Assembly (NCBI GenBank): GCA_021613535.1
Contig: CP075495.1
Location: 3,224,001-3,288,000 of the forward strand
DNA length: 64,000 nt
Origin: Adineta vaga
Lineage: Eukaryota; Animalia; Rotifera
Direction: 5' to 3'
Below are positions 26,310 through 40,454 of the stretch, one piece after another. The position numbers and the translations under genes were made by a program. Below the pieces are notes generated by a model, which ran no database searches, was not told where the DNA came from, and saw nothing but the letters and a program-made list of their open reading frames with translations. The first letter of the stretch is position 1. Every line of letters begins with the position of its first letter.

Positions 26310-26768
26310 AGTTTTTCTATTCGACAATATTGAGAAGAAAAGCAAGGAGAGATATGTGAATCCTACTGAGAATTCATTTTCTCTCTTTCTATCGAAATTG
26401 ACAAGTAAAACCGGATATCTTTGCTTTCATATCTTTTCTCTGATGATTTCTTTCTTTATATATTTTCTAATCAGAATCAATCAGAACTATATTTTGTTCA
26501 TAATCCACTCGTAACGAACCGGAAATGCGAAATGAAACAAATGCATGAACAAAGGAAAATCATCTTTCATTGCTTTGTCATTTTCATGAAAAATAACATT
26601 AAGATTTTCTGATCACATTTCAAAACTTATTATTATACATTGGTTAGAAAAATATTCAAGTATTCTCTGATGTTTGCTTTTGTTGTCGTTCGTATTTTTT
26701 GAAGGAAAAAAAACAAGAGAGAGAAAAACAATTATATGTATAGATAGAAGAAACTGTAGATTATATTG

Positions 26769-26782
26769 GTAACTAAGGAAAC
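26769..26782 (+). promoter_or_regulatory. Possible RFX X-box upstream of TBATA
   Basis: GTAACTAAGGAAAC resembles the RFX palindrome GTTNCC-AT-GGNAAC and lies upstream of a cilia/sperm-associated gene; the match is imperfect. Confidence 0.25.
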
Positions 26783-27508
26783 ATCGAAGTGACTGAAAAT
26801 AACGACAACATGTCTTAAATGTTCTTTTTTCAAATCAAATATGTTTTCTTCTACTATTGAACCAAAAAGAGAGTAGAGAAAAAAAGAAAGCAGAGAGAGA
26901 AAAGTCGAATAAGTAGTGAATGGTTTTTTTTCCTGATTCTTTTCATATCAAACAATTTTTTGCCTGTGATACTTAAATATTTGAACAAAGCAATTAAATG
27001 TAAGTACGGATATTGAAACTATCCTATTACTTCCGTAAATGATTTTTCTATCTCGTGATTAAAAAACGAATGGTTAGAGATCGAAATAACTAACTTCTTG
27101 AGATTCATTCAAGGTCATGTAAAAATTCGTTTTTGTTGAAAACAATACGACAACAGTAATGCGATAATTTGTTACGAATACTTAAACGATCGAAGGAAAA
27201 AAGAACGAACGAGAGACAGAGAAACTTGTTATGTAGATATGTATACTTTTGTAATCGCTTCACCTATTTTTCATCTTATTTGTTTTGTTGTCGCACTGAA
27301 ATGCCGCAATCGAAAAAAGACATTTAAATCTATAAAACAAAATGAAATCAGAGTATTCGACTGAAGAAAAGTACTTGTTTTGTTTCATTCATCTTTAAAA
27401 TCAAAGATTTTCTTTTTGACAGACAGTGAGTGTTTAGATAAAAGTATGTATGAATGAAAATGTCATGGCTAGACTAGAATTCATTTATATGTATATTATT
27501 AGACAAAT

Positions 27509-29621
27509 ATGAAATTATTCGATCGAACATCTGCTCGTTCCGGTTCACGGTTTGGAGGATTATCATCTAGTATGTTCTTTGTTCGAAATAGTCCTCATCC
27601 ACAACGTGTACGTCATATGGAAGGTAGATAGAATTGATTGTAATTATGACAAATAGTGAGGTTTATTTAGGATTAAATGGAGCATGGATTTGTAATGTTA
27701 ATGATGATTTAACTTCGAAACGTTCGAAACGTAATAAATCAAATAATCATAATAAAAATAATCTACCAACAAATGAAACAGCACGTCGTACGGAACGATT
27801 AGTTCCTCCAACGACATTTTGGAATACACATGGTATCGGTAAGTATTAGATTGATTTTCGAAATACAGAAGTTTAAATAGATTTTTATATTAAGTTCATG
27901 ATACCGATCATTGGAGACAAGAATTAGCTGCTTTAGCAACAGCGAGTGGTATTGGATTAGAAAAAAATGATCAGAAAAATTCGAGTAAATCTATGCCAAC
28001 TGCTGATCCTAAGAATGCTTCACGTTCTGGTGCTCATTATTCAACAAGAACAGGTCGTTTCAATGAAGGTGCTTCGAAATCGCGTGGTCGTACAAATACT
28101 AAACATGGCAACGGTCAAACAGGAGAAATCTTATTTAATGTGCCGGAAAACGAAAGAGAAATGTGGGTAAGAGAAAAAGAAACAGAAACGGAAGAAAAGA
28201 GAACAGTATCTTATTAAATGCTTCAATGTTAAATAGAAAGGTTTAAGGAACGAGAGTAAACAATTAAAGTGCAAAAATGTCTGGAAGATTTAATTTTTTT
28301 TCAGAAAAGGAACTTTTAGGTTCAAATCTAAAGATTATGATGACAAAAACATGTGATAAATTGTATATTTGTATGAAATAGATGTTGCAAGTTCTTTGTC
28401 AACTTCTTGATACATGTAATTTGGAAGATGTTCAATCGTGGCTTGTTTCGGCTTCACCTGCTGGTATTGAAATATATTTTTAAAAAAATTGAATATTACT
28501 GTTTTCTGATTTAATAGAAAAAGATCAAGCTCGTTCCATGATTCATTCAGCTTTACGCGGATTGAAAGAATCCGAACGAACAACTTCTAGTGATGTTCAA
28601 GATTCAGTAGTTGATTTTGATTCTTTATCAAATTTTGTTGAAAGGTAAAAACATTCTACATTCTTCAACTTCTAAAATTCTCTTCATTATTTAGACAAAA
28701 GAATGAAGAAAAATATGCTTCACAAAAGTATGTCAATGAAACTCTCAATCGATCTGCACCCATTTTACCTGCTGTTGATGACCAACAACAACAACCTGAT
28801 TTCGGTTTAAATGATACCTGGGATTTATCTGGAGTGACAAGTAGCTATGTCTATCCCGAAAGTAAGAAAAATCATTCACTTAATGAAAATCAACATTACA
28901 ACGATAATGACGAACAAATCGATACAATACACCTTGCTGATGATCGTCGTCGAGCACGATCAACATCATTAACAAAACAATCACAAATTTATGATTCACC
29001 ACGTGAACGACCATTAACAAGTCATCAATCGACCTACCCTGTAGATTCTATTCAATTCAATGATGATGTGAATAATCAAAGTACGAATTATATTGATGAT
29101 ATTTCGAATGATGATGGAAAATCACGTAAAATTCGTGAATTACAAAATAAATTATCACGTCAAGAAGAAGAAGCAAAGAAGAAATTTACGGAATTACAAA
29201 CAAAACAATCACGATTAGAAAATGCCATTCGATTACTTGCGAAACAAACGGCAGCACGAAAGAAAAATCAACCGAATACATCTGATGAAAATGGAGGTAA
29301 TTATTCGTTTTCTTTTGTCGTTTGCTTTGTTTTTCTAATGTATATTTAGATTCACCTGTTGTGAATGTCATCATTCAATCTCCACAAGAAAATGGACATC
29401 GTCATAAATCAAGTAAACCTCGAGCTACATCTTTCATTCATGCTAATACAAATTCTAAAAAGCATCATGATGATAAAAAAGGAGGTAAAGTTGGTGATTA
29501 TAATGTTGAAGATGTTAAAGTTCAAATAAGTCTTTCACGTCTCGACAATCAACAACCAAAAGTTTACGGTGGTGTTTGGAAACCTGATACTCAAACACTT
29601 CAACGTCTTCAAGGTTGTTAA
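27509..29621 (+). CDS. TBATA: TBATA/SPATIAL-family protein, 7 coding exons
   Basis: [54 protein letters not shown] and LQVLCQLLDT..VQSWLVSASPAEKD match SPATIAL-domain motifs. Confidence 0.85.
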
Positions 29622-29737
29622 AGTATAATTATATTCAAATAAACATTGAAAACTAAACGACATATCTTTTTTTAATGATTAAGCAAATAAATTCTTTTCT
29701 TTTTTCAAAAAAAGCAAACAAATATAATATTCTTCAT

Positions 29738-30679
29738 TTAACCATTTCGATTTCGATATATAGAAATAAGATAAAGAATTTGTGTAATCAATGTAAAACT
29801 TGTTAAGAACAATGCGATAATCTCCAAACCAGCAGCCCAATCAAGTCGAGTATGATAGTCATTCTTGGCTTGTTGAGTAACGTTGAATCGAAGATTATTT
29901 TTGTCTTCTTGTTTAGCTACAAAGAAAACCGAACATTACAAAACAAGTATTCTATAAGAGAAGAAAAACATACAATAAGCTGCCAATCGATTATTTAAAT
30001 CAAAATGATATTGATATAAATCATATAATAACGATGAACCAAATAGAATCAGTGTAATAAGAATAAAAATCAATCCAAGAAGTAATAAAACTATAGTTAT
30101 AGCTGTTAGATAGAAATGAATTTGATATTTAAATGAATTAATTAATAAATGTGAAAACATTAAAAGAAATGCTAAACTAAGTGTACACGCAGCAATAATT
30201 GTACAAGCCATGAGTCCTTTTGTTATGGACGAATAATCACAATGACAAGGATTATCGATCGGATGACATACACGATGTTTGGCTTCATATGACAAAGGAT
30301 TTTGTAAATCAGAACAATCTTTATTATCAGGAAAAATATATTTATTGTAATCACAAATAGAATATGTTTTGTTCATAGTTGGTGCAATATAAACCAAAAG
30401 ATTTTCACATCGATGAAAGATCCCAACAGTAATGGTTTTCTCATTCTTCTCACGATGATCATATGTCCTACACAGAAAATGAAATTTATTTCCATCTATC
30501 ATGTCAAATGAAGATGAGCTGTTTTTCAAGAGTAAAACTTCACGTTTTACTTTAGTATTCATAAGTAAGGTCTTTACTTACTTCCATCGAGGATATCCCA
30601 TCGCTACGAAATGAAAGATTAATGTAAGAATAAGTAATACTAAACCAGAAGTAAGATAAATTCGTGATGTTTCAATCAT
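29738..30679 (-). CDS. Claudin/PMP22-like four-pass membrane protein, 3 exons
   Basis: TM1 followed by P.W, a GIFHRC motif, a Cys-rich first loop, and three further TM helices including LDWAAGLEIIAL. Confidence 0.7.
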
Positions 30680-31099
30680 AACGAGAAATTTGCAAGATAA
30701 ACGATAGTTTGAATTGATTATTATTACAGAAATGAAAGTTGTCAAATGTCTAGGATATATTTGTGATACTTCTATTTCAAATACATAGTAATCCAATAAT
30801 AAAAATAAAATATATGTTTAAAATCTTCAAAATTTCGTTTGCAAATAGAAGAAAAGAAATCATCCCTTCCAACATAAAGACTGTGTACTCTTTCTCTTTC
30901 ATTCAATGGCAAAACTACAATCCTTTCTTTGCTCTTCTCTATAATCATTGAAAAATATGTCTGAATATTTCTTTGTCACATATTTGTAAATGAAATTTGA
31001 TACATTTACTAAATGTATTTCATGAGAAAGAAAAATACAATCTATGTATACTTATTATGTATACACAGATAAGTCGTTTTTCCTTGATACAAAATTTAT

Positions 31100-32564
31100 T
31101 TAACACATATTTAATATCAGATCGGAATTTATCAATGTTTCTGTCCAATTCATTTCATATAATGATTTGCCACTTTGAGTTATACGCGCAGCACCTAATA
31201 CTTCATTTCCATCATAGAAAACAGCATACTAAAAGCAAAACGACATGTTGATATTCATGCTTTGTGAATAGATAAATATTCTTACTTGACCAGCACATAT
31301 AGAACGAATCGGAATCGGTAAAGATACATGTAAAGTATCATGATCTGCAAGAGATAGGACTACAGATAATGGACAATGTTTGTGTTGAAAACGAAAACCA
31401 CATTCATAGACACCAGTTTCTTTTAATGAAGTTGGCATATTATGAATCCAATGTGGAATATCTGTATGAAAAGATTTTGTGAATAATGCAGGATGATTCG
31501 TACCAGGTGCCTTGAATGCAATAGGAACTGATAAAATCAAAGCAATGAAAATTGTTCTACCGCATAGATCACATTTTCTATCAGATCTTTTTTTGCAATA
31601 AATAATTGCTTCGATGATTTATAGTTTTTATCTATAGGTGTTATTCGTTGTCCAATTGTATAACGATGTAGACCATAGTGTTCACCGATAATTTCATTTG
31701 TCTCAATTGATTTTATCAAACCAATATTATCCGGAATATATTGTGAGATGAATCGAGAAAATTTTCGTTTACCAATGAAACATAAGCCCATACCTATGAA
31801 ATAAAGATTTTCATTTGACAAAAGAAAACAAACAATCTTCTCAACTTACTCTCTGTTTTTCGAGCAATTCTTTCAAGATTCATTTCATTTGCTAATTGTT
31901 TAACTTCTGATTTCATCATGCCACCAATTGGAAACTGAATAAACGGTAGAATCGAATCTTTCAAGTGACATAAGAAGAATGATTGATCTTTTCTTATATC
32001 ACAAGCACGCATTAATTTATATCCTAAAAAGAGAACAAAATCTTCGTTAACTTTTGTCCGAATATTTCTCTATACTTAATTCCTTGTTTATCTTGTTCAA
32101 TTTGTGCATAATGTCCTGTTGCTAAATGAGAGGTCCCCAGATGTTCTTGACAATATTTCAATAATGAATCAAATTTAACATATTTATTACAAAGAATATC
32201 CGGATTCGGTGTTAAACCATGTTGATAATCATCAAGAAATGGTTCGAATACTTTTGTCCAATATTCTTTTATAAAATCCACAACATGTAAACGAATATTT
32301 AACTTATCACTAACATAAATCGCATCTTCAAGATCTTGATCACTCGTACATTTCGTTCTACTATCATCATCTTCATGTTTTTCCCAATTACGCATAAAAC
32401 AACCAATAACTTCGTATCCTTTCAAAATAAATAACAATATTCAATAAAAGAATTGTAGAAAGAAACAAGCAATAACCTTTCTTCTTTAGAAGAGCTGCTG
32501 ATACAGAACTATCAACACCACCTGACATTGCGCAAACAATACGTTTCTTTAGATGTAAATTCAT
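31100..32564 (-). CDS. TRMU: Mitochondrial tRNA 2-thiouridylase (MnmA/MTU1), 6 exons; intron 2 donor is anomalous
   Basis: AMSGGVDSSV, FMRNW, TPNPDILCNKYVKF, ATGHYA, KDQSFFL, ESMGLCFIG, YTIGQR and GQYAVFY motifs. Confidence 0.96.
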
Positions 32565-33343
32565 AACAATAATCTAAAAATAAGTTATTTTTTCAAGCAA
32601 AAATTAGTCATTAAAACTTTACATAATTTCATTTCTTTTCCTAGTACGCAAAATATTGATAACCATCAACGAGTAAAATATAGCTCGTAGGTGTCATAAG
32701 AATATCATTTTAGGAACTATAATAACAATACTCAAATCTTTAGAATATTTCCGACACTTCGAAGTTCTTTTTGTTTTCAAAATAATTACAAAATAAAAAC
32801 TATGTGAAACTATCAGACATAGTTCTTGTGTAATTAATCCATCCTATATCAATCATATTCTTTTGTTTCTTCTTATCAACACTTCAAAAACATCTTTGTC
32901 AACTTTTGACCGTAGACACATTTATTTGATTATACTATTTTATTTGTTCTATCTCATCAGAGAAATGTTCTTGTACTCTTTCGAAGAAAATAGTTCATTC
33001 CAACTTATTTATTTAACATCAAATAAGAATATTTTCTCTTACATTGTTTTCCGATGGAAACTTATTGAAATATATATTTACTAAGTTATATTATGAAGAA
33101 AGAAAAGGAGACATGAAGACAGCACTTGAACAAATTGAACTTTTTTTTTTCCTTCTTTCCATGACGTGAATGAGTTTTTTCTTTGCTTTTGTCGACAATT
33201 TATGATATTTCCATTTCTATTTTATTTTTTTGCTTTTAACTAAATTTTCTACACACTTGTTTTTCTCTTCATTTAACTTGTAAAATAGAAATATCTTCGT
33301 TCTTATTTCCTCCATTATTCAAAGCAATCATTTGATAGTTACA

Positions 33344-34657
33344 ATGAAGTCATCTTCGACGCCAAATCCGAATTATTTAGCCACATCATCAGATTTTGAA
33401 GTTAATTTTTCACAGAAAAAAGAAGCGTTAACTTCAAAACTTCGACAAACATTTAATCCAGCTGGTAAACGTTCACAAGAGGCTCGAGCAAGAAAACAAT
33501 CTGTACCTGATCTAACAAATTTAACTCCTCAAAGTCAAGTAAGTTAACCGACTAATGTACGAAGATAATTCTTCTTTTTTCTTTTCTAGGAACTTATTTT
33601 ACGTGCTGTCGATACAATTAAGAAAGAAGATAGCGAAAGTGTCATGAGTGCATTAGATGAAAGTCGAGATATTTTACGAAATTCATTCGAAGAATTCAAA
33701 CGTGAACAAGAAGAATATCGTAAACAACTTCAAGAAATTTCTAAACAAAAAGAAAATGTTATGGGAAGACAAAAAGGTGATATTTGAATTAGTTTAATTA
33801 TATATGATTGTTTTGTTTTTTTTAATGTCTAGAAAATGCTATTCCTCTTTCAATATTTATGAAGCAAAAACGTGATACAGAAGGTTTAGCTGATCTACGA
33901 CCGAATTCAGGTATGAATTTAACTTATCAAGCTTATTTTGAAGCACTTCTAACAACGGATAAAAATGAACAACAACATCCCAGTGACAAAGCAGCTGTTA
34001 TCAAATATATTCGTCGACGTGAACGACGAAAACGTGCAGAAGAAAATAAGAAAAATCATGAATTAACAGACGATGTTCTTGAAAAAGTAATTCGTAATTG
34101 ATATAGTCAATCGAATATTTAGTTTGTCTCTCTCTCTTTCGTTTAGCAAACTGCAGAATTGATGGAAAAAATGGATGGTATGGATATAAAATTAGAAAAT
34201 GAAAGACAACGACAAAATGAGATATTACGTGCTCGAATGAATGAAAAGAAAACAAAGAATAATAATATGATGCAAGCGCATGAAATTATTGGTCAAGCTA
34301 ACGAAGCTGATTTAGTGTAAGTGATAAGGATTTAATTTGTAAGTCATTTTCCTTGACTCTTTTTTTCTCAGTCGTCAACGTGTGGAACAGAGTCAACGCG
34401 AAAAAATCGAAGCACGATTATCAGCTGCTCGACATCATCAAAATCGAACACCATCGAATATGATTCATGTTCAAAGTCAATCAAATAATAATGACGATCA
34501 TGATAACGATGATGATTTAGATGAAGAACAAGTTGAAACGACGAAAAAATCTTTGAAATTATTAAATGAAAATAATGGATATCAACCAGCACGGGCAACA
34601 ACACCTGTTTATGGTGATGATGATACTGATAAAAAAGTGGCCAATATTCATATTTAA
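33344..34657 (+). CDS. Uncharacterised charged coiled-coil protein, 5 exons
   Basis: Four in-phase GT-AG introns join an open, E/K/R/Q-rich reading frame; no family recognised. Confidence 0.8.
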
Positions 34658-35208
34658 TCAAATTTATATATAATATGAACTTGATAATATATTTTTTTTC
34701 TTCTCTAAATCATAATAAATTGAAGAATTGTCAAAGAAGTTCTGTAAATACTAGTAACCAATCAAAAGAAAACACGACGTATTCGGCTTTTTTCTCGGTA
34801 GAAAATTGAGCCCGATTTGTTTGTTGTCGAGAAAAATAAATATAGACAATTTCGGTAAGAATATAGGAGAATATCGAACAAGTAAAAAAAATTAATCATC
34901 AACTCCTTGTTTTTCGTCTCCGAATTATATTTGAAAAAAAACTCTTTCTATTGAACTTACAAATTACATTCAAAATCCAACATGTGTCTTCGACTTCATT
35001 CCATATCATCATCATCTAAACAATGAATCAATACCTAAAATGATTGAATTCACTTTGAATATTCGTTCTTCTTTTCGAAAGAAAGATTTTATTAATATAT
35101 CTAGTATTTTATTGTTGTTGGTAAGTTTTATCGTTTATAAACATGCAGAAAAAAAAGTGAATATACAAATAACTGAAGAGAGTGAGGAGAGAAGAAAAAA
35201 AAATTCAA

Positions 35209-37944
35209 TTAACCAGATAGATCTTCAGCGTCATAGGTTGCTTGATCATATAATTCAGCTTTAATCGTTCGTCCACCAAACCATCGACCATTGAGGGATT
35301 CTACAGTTTTTTCTGCTCCTAAAATTGAAATCAATTTGAGAGGTAAACCATAGTCATACGGATAAACATGTATTTACCTTTACTATTATTAAATTCAACA
35401 AAAATCTTCACAACTTCTTCAGCATTATCTTCTTCTCCTTGTTTCTCAGTATAAATAACAACTTTACGAACTTCACCATATTTTGAACATTCTTCTGAAA
35501 GAACCAACAGTATTTCCAATAAAAAAAAATAAAGAATAAACTTTTTTACCTGTAATTTCTTGCTGTAAATCATCATCGATTTCTTCCGCAACAACCATAT
35601 TTCTTAAAACACATACATGTGAATCAAGTCGACGTTTATTTAGTTTTTGCATCAATAAATGTCGTTGTTCACGTCCTTTCATTCGAAAACAAGCAGGCAT
35701 AATAAAGTTTTTTTTCTTTTATTTTCGATCAACATACCTTTTACACTTAATTCCTCTTGTTGAGATAATGTCGATGAAACATCGTCACTATTTTTCAGAT
35801 CTGAACTTGACTTTTGAATATCTTTACTTTCAGATTTCGTTGATGATTGATTTGTTGGTAAAATCAATGAAATTGATGGATATTGTTGTTCAGATTGGAA
35901 ATCAACTTGTAAACCAACAGGAATAGGTGGTTCTTCCAAAAGAATAGGTTGAGGAATAGATGATGGCACTGGTGGAATAATGACTAGAATTTGATTAGAT
36001 TGAGTTATGAAACATTTCGAAAAACAATTCTAATTTACTTTGAGGAGGAGGAATTGACGTTTGTTGTGTAGATGAAGATGTTGATAAACTAGAAATAAAA
36101 TTCAGTAATAAATAAAGTACATCGAATGATTTACTTTGCAGCAATTCGTAATGAACTGCCTGCTGATGGTTGAGGGATAGCATTGGTTGGACTGAGCATA
36201 GTCGAGTTTGCTATGAACAAAATTAAATTCAAAGAAATGCTTTTATTCATGATATCCATACCCGCGTGACAGTCGTAGTACCATCGATAAAATTATTTTG
36301 TATGAATGGATTACTAAGCATTTGTGAGGCTGCCTAAAAAGAATCAATAAATGTGAATGATTTTACATTTTGAAGAAAGTTAACGCACAACAGTTGGTTG
36401 AGGATTGCTTTCCATTTCATTCGCTTGAAATTGAGCTGTAATTTTTGCAGCAGCAAAAGCCGTCGCAGAGGGTAATTGATTTGGTACTGACTGATTTGCT
36501 GGAAATAATCCTTCAGGTGGTGTTACAGCTCTTCCCACTCGAAGGAATTGTCCTACAAGGAAATTAAGTTATTATAAAATAAATGAATGCTGATCTTTTG
36601 TTATCCACCACATACCGCCAAGATCAAATAAATTCATGGAATTTATGGCCTTGTGCTGCTTGTGCAGTTTCATATTCAATAAAACCAAAGCCTCTGAAAA
36701 ACAATCCATTAGAAGTTACAATAATCAATAACAAAAAATGTTTTTTTTCTCTTACTTATGTTTTCCTGTAGCTGAATCTTTTGCCAGAGATGCACTTTTG
36801 ATTGTTCCTTTAAAGAAAAAAAGAGTAAGATATAGAGCACAACTCGAAGAAACATTTTTCTTTGTTTATATACCGAATGCTTCAAATACACTTCGAATTT
36901 CTGTTTCTGTTAAATCTGAATGTATAGAAGCAACATAAATACGATTATAATACTTTGCTTCTTCTGTTAGTTGTTCAATAATTGGTTGTGCTTGTGGCAT
37001 ATTTGATGGTCTACCAACCTAGAGCAGAGAAAAAAGTTTAAAAATTTACAACTATACTCTATGACTTTTATATTTACTTTGATATTACGTCCACCTAATA
37101 TCACTCCATTCATTTGATCCATGGATAACTGTGCGGCTTCAGGTGTTTCATATTCCAAAAAAGCAAAACCTTTATGACGATTCGTTGTTGTATCGTATGA
37201 TAATGATACTGCTTTAACTGGACCAAATGGTGAAAAGGCTGTCTTCAACATAGCTTCATTCAATTCAAAATTAATACTTCCTACATAGATTCTTGAAATG
37301 AAACATAATAATAATAAATCGCTTTTCGTATTCTCCTATGTTAAAATATTTACCGACACATTAATAGAAATGCTTGTTGTTTTCTAAGAAACTCTAATTG
37401 TACACGTTGTTGCTGTTGTTGTTGTTTAACAAGAACATATTTGACACTCTGTTCCATAGCAAACTTTTTTGCACGTTTTACATTATCATCATCAGCGGGT
37501 CGAACTTTATATCGTCCAGTATCGCGTTTAGCGCCTGGTCCTTGAAATAATGGACCACGTTGACCAAGTTCGACTGCATTGATAAATGCAGCAAATGGTG
37601 TAAGTTCACGTGGTAATCGTGGTATGCTTTCTCGAGTTGGTTTATTTGTATTCGTAGTTGATATTTGTTGACCATTATCTAAAAAGAAAATAATCAAATC
37701 TACAAGATTCTATATCCAACTTTTCTTTTAAAAGAATAATTCTAGATAGTCTGGCATGTGTAGACAGGACTTTTGGAATCGTATTGTAGCTGAAACAGGG
37801 ATAGAGAAGAAGAAGAAAAAACAAAATTCATTTGATTTATATATCGAATAAGTATGTAGATAAAACTAGATTGTAATTTAAATAGAACGAAAATCAATTC
37901 ATAAACTTACCGATTACCATCGGATTGGATATATCAGTTGTCAT
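35209..37944 (-). CDS. PUF60: Poly(U)-binding splicing factor PUF60/half pint (apparent 2-nt deletion near 36650)
   Basis: [52 protein letters not shown]2, and C-terminal UHM ([28 protein letters not shown]). Confidence 0.97.
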
Positions 37945-38088
37945 TATGAAAAAATCTGAAAAAAATTTCATCATATGATTAGAGGAGAAAACATTTACTA
38001 TAGTAAAGATGGAAAAAAAATAAAGAATTGATTTTCTTTTTGTTCTTCTTAGTTTATATACAAGAATTAAAATAAAAAAAACGAGATA

Positions 38089-40184
38089 TTATTTATTTTC
38101 TGGTAATATTAAATAAGATTGACATGGAACAAATTTATTTTCATCATGACAATCTTGTAACCAATCGAGTGAGAGAAATTTCATCTCAGGATTTGTTTTC
38201 GATATCTAAATAGATTGAAATTATTATTATAAGATATGTTTAATATATATATATATATATTATTTCATACCTTGTCAAAATGATCATTCCATAATCGATT
38301 CGTAATCATGTATTTTATTTCTGATGTGATTTGTTTTTCTAATGTACCATCATAAGCATATATAACTCGACGAATATCATGATAAGTACTTTCATCAAAT
38401 TCATTAATATCTACGTAAAAATGTTTTCCATGAAAAAAATTAGATAATTCTGATGTTTGTGGTTCATCTTCATCAGTTTCAGCATCATAAACTAAATCGA
38501 AAAGAAAAGACATATTATGCTATTCTTTATACAAAAATAAATTTACCATTATTATCATCATCCAATGTCATTACTTTCTTCGTTCCATTTTTTGAAATTA
38601 TTGGTTCATCATCATCATCATCAGTATCATCAAAAGTAGTCATTTTCTTCTTGGTTTGTGTCGTTTTACGTGACTTTGTTGAGGTAGTTGGTACAAGGTC
38701 ATCATCACTCTCAAGATCATCATCATCAAATGTTTGTATTTTTTTCTTTACAGGTGTCTTTTTTGTTACATCCATAGATACAATTGGTTTTTCATTGTCT
38801 TCGTCATCACTATCATCAAATGTCATTGGTTTCTTTTGTTGTCTTTCCGATGTTTCTTTCTTCGTTATAGAATGATTATCGTTACTTGATCCTTTTAATT
38901 CATAATTTTTCTCTGATAAATATTGATTTTGTTTATAACAATCAAGTATCCATTGTTTACTAACAACAAATCCTTTGCTACTTTGTTTAACTTGAGTATA
39001 TTTTGGTGTATTTGGAAATGCACAACTAGAAAAAACGAAGATTTTCGAATTCCATTACACAATATTACTTACATAAGATGTGTACATGTATCATCCCAAT
39101 CATCATTGTACGTCGCACCCATTTTTGATGCTTTTGTACGTAATTCTGTTCGTAATGGATTTTGAAAACCACTCAGAACAAAAACGACTTTTTTCATTAA
39201 TTGAGATTGATTTTCAGCTAGAAGAATATGTTAGAATAGAGAGAAGAAAAAAAAAGGTATTATCTATCTACTTTTGCTTCGTTTAGTTTCACTTTCGTTT
39301 GCAGGTGATTGTAAATCATCAGATGTTATAGGACGTTTAGATGCACGATTTGGAGTATTCTGAAGATAAATTTCTTATCTCTTCGAAAGAATATTTCTTT
39401 TCAACAATCTGTTTACTTTAGTATCTTTTTTCAATAATGTTTGAATTTCATTATCATCCATTGGCTTTTTACTTAATAATTCTTCTGCAACATTTGATAA
39501 AGCTCGTATTTGATCACTAGCCGTTGGTTCGGAGACATTTATTTTCTTTTCTGCTTGTTTCCTGGCAAAAAATGAACCAATTTTACTTTGTTCTTTGCTC
39601 GTTTCATCATCGTCATCATCATCATTCATCTTAATTGTCGAACGATTTAAAGATTCCGTTTGATTTGTTTCATCCGTTAATGTCGATGGAGAATATAACT
39701 TAATAAAACATAAGCCAAATGGATTCACACGATTAAATTTTTGTTCACAAACAATCTTTAAACGATCCCATTTTTCATTCAAACATGTTTTATTTAAATC
39801 ATTTGATTTTAATAATTTAACTTGATTACGATTTGTATTCGAACGAGATTCATTCGGTGTCATCAATAAAGTTGCTGGTAATAAAACAGTCCAATCATCA
39901 GTTTTTGATGAAGATGAACGAGAAACAAATAATTCAACAAATGAACTACCATCATTACCAATATCAACTGATGAGATTGAACTGGCCTTTTCTAATTCGA
40001 GAATACATGTAATACGTTCTTCAGTACCTTTATTTGATAACCATTTTTTGTATTGTTCAGGTTTTAAGAGATTTTCAGCTGAATGTATCTGAAATGAAAG
40101 AGATATGAATGAATTTGAGAAAATTCAACTTACTCGATCTTCACTAGAACATGAGAGAACATTTCGAAAATTGATTAACGGCAT
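38089..40184 (-). CDS. XRCC1: DNA repair scaffold XRCC1
   Basis: NTD (SCSSED..HSAENLL..DIGNDGSSFVE..MTPNESR), RIR-like GSFF, BRCT1 (VLSGFQNPLR..CAFPNTPKY), YDAETDE site and C-terminal BRCT2. Confidence 0.96.
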
Positions 40185-40454
40185 AGAAATTGATCAGCTA
40201 TCGCGATAATAAATTGAAAATAAAATTAGAATGAAGTGTTTTTTTATACAAGTAAAATTTTAATGAAAATCTAGTGTGGAGCAACCAAATTGCAAGAACA
40301 TTTTTGATTGGTATATTTATCGACAATGTAAAATTTTATTCAAATCAGAGGACGCTACTAACAATTCACTTATATTTTTAAATATTTTTTTTTTATTGAT
40401 ATAAATACTGATATTGACATCTTTACTACATGATATAGAATAGAAAATGAAATA

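Noticed and set aside
38453-38875. 140-aa Ser-rich plus-strand ORF
   Set aside because: Antisense of the XRCC1 Asp-rich repeats (GAT read as TCA).
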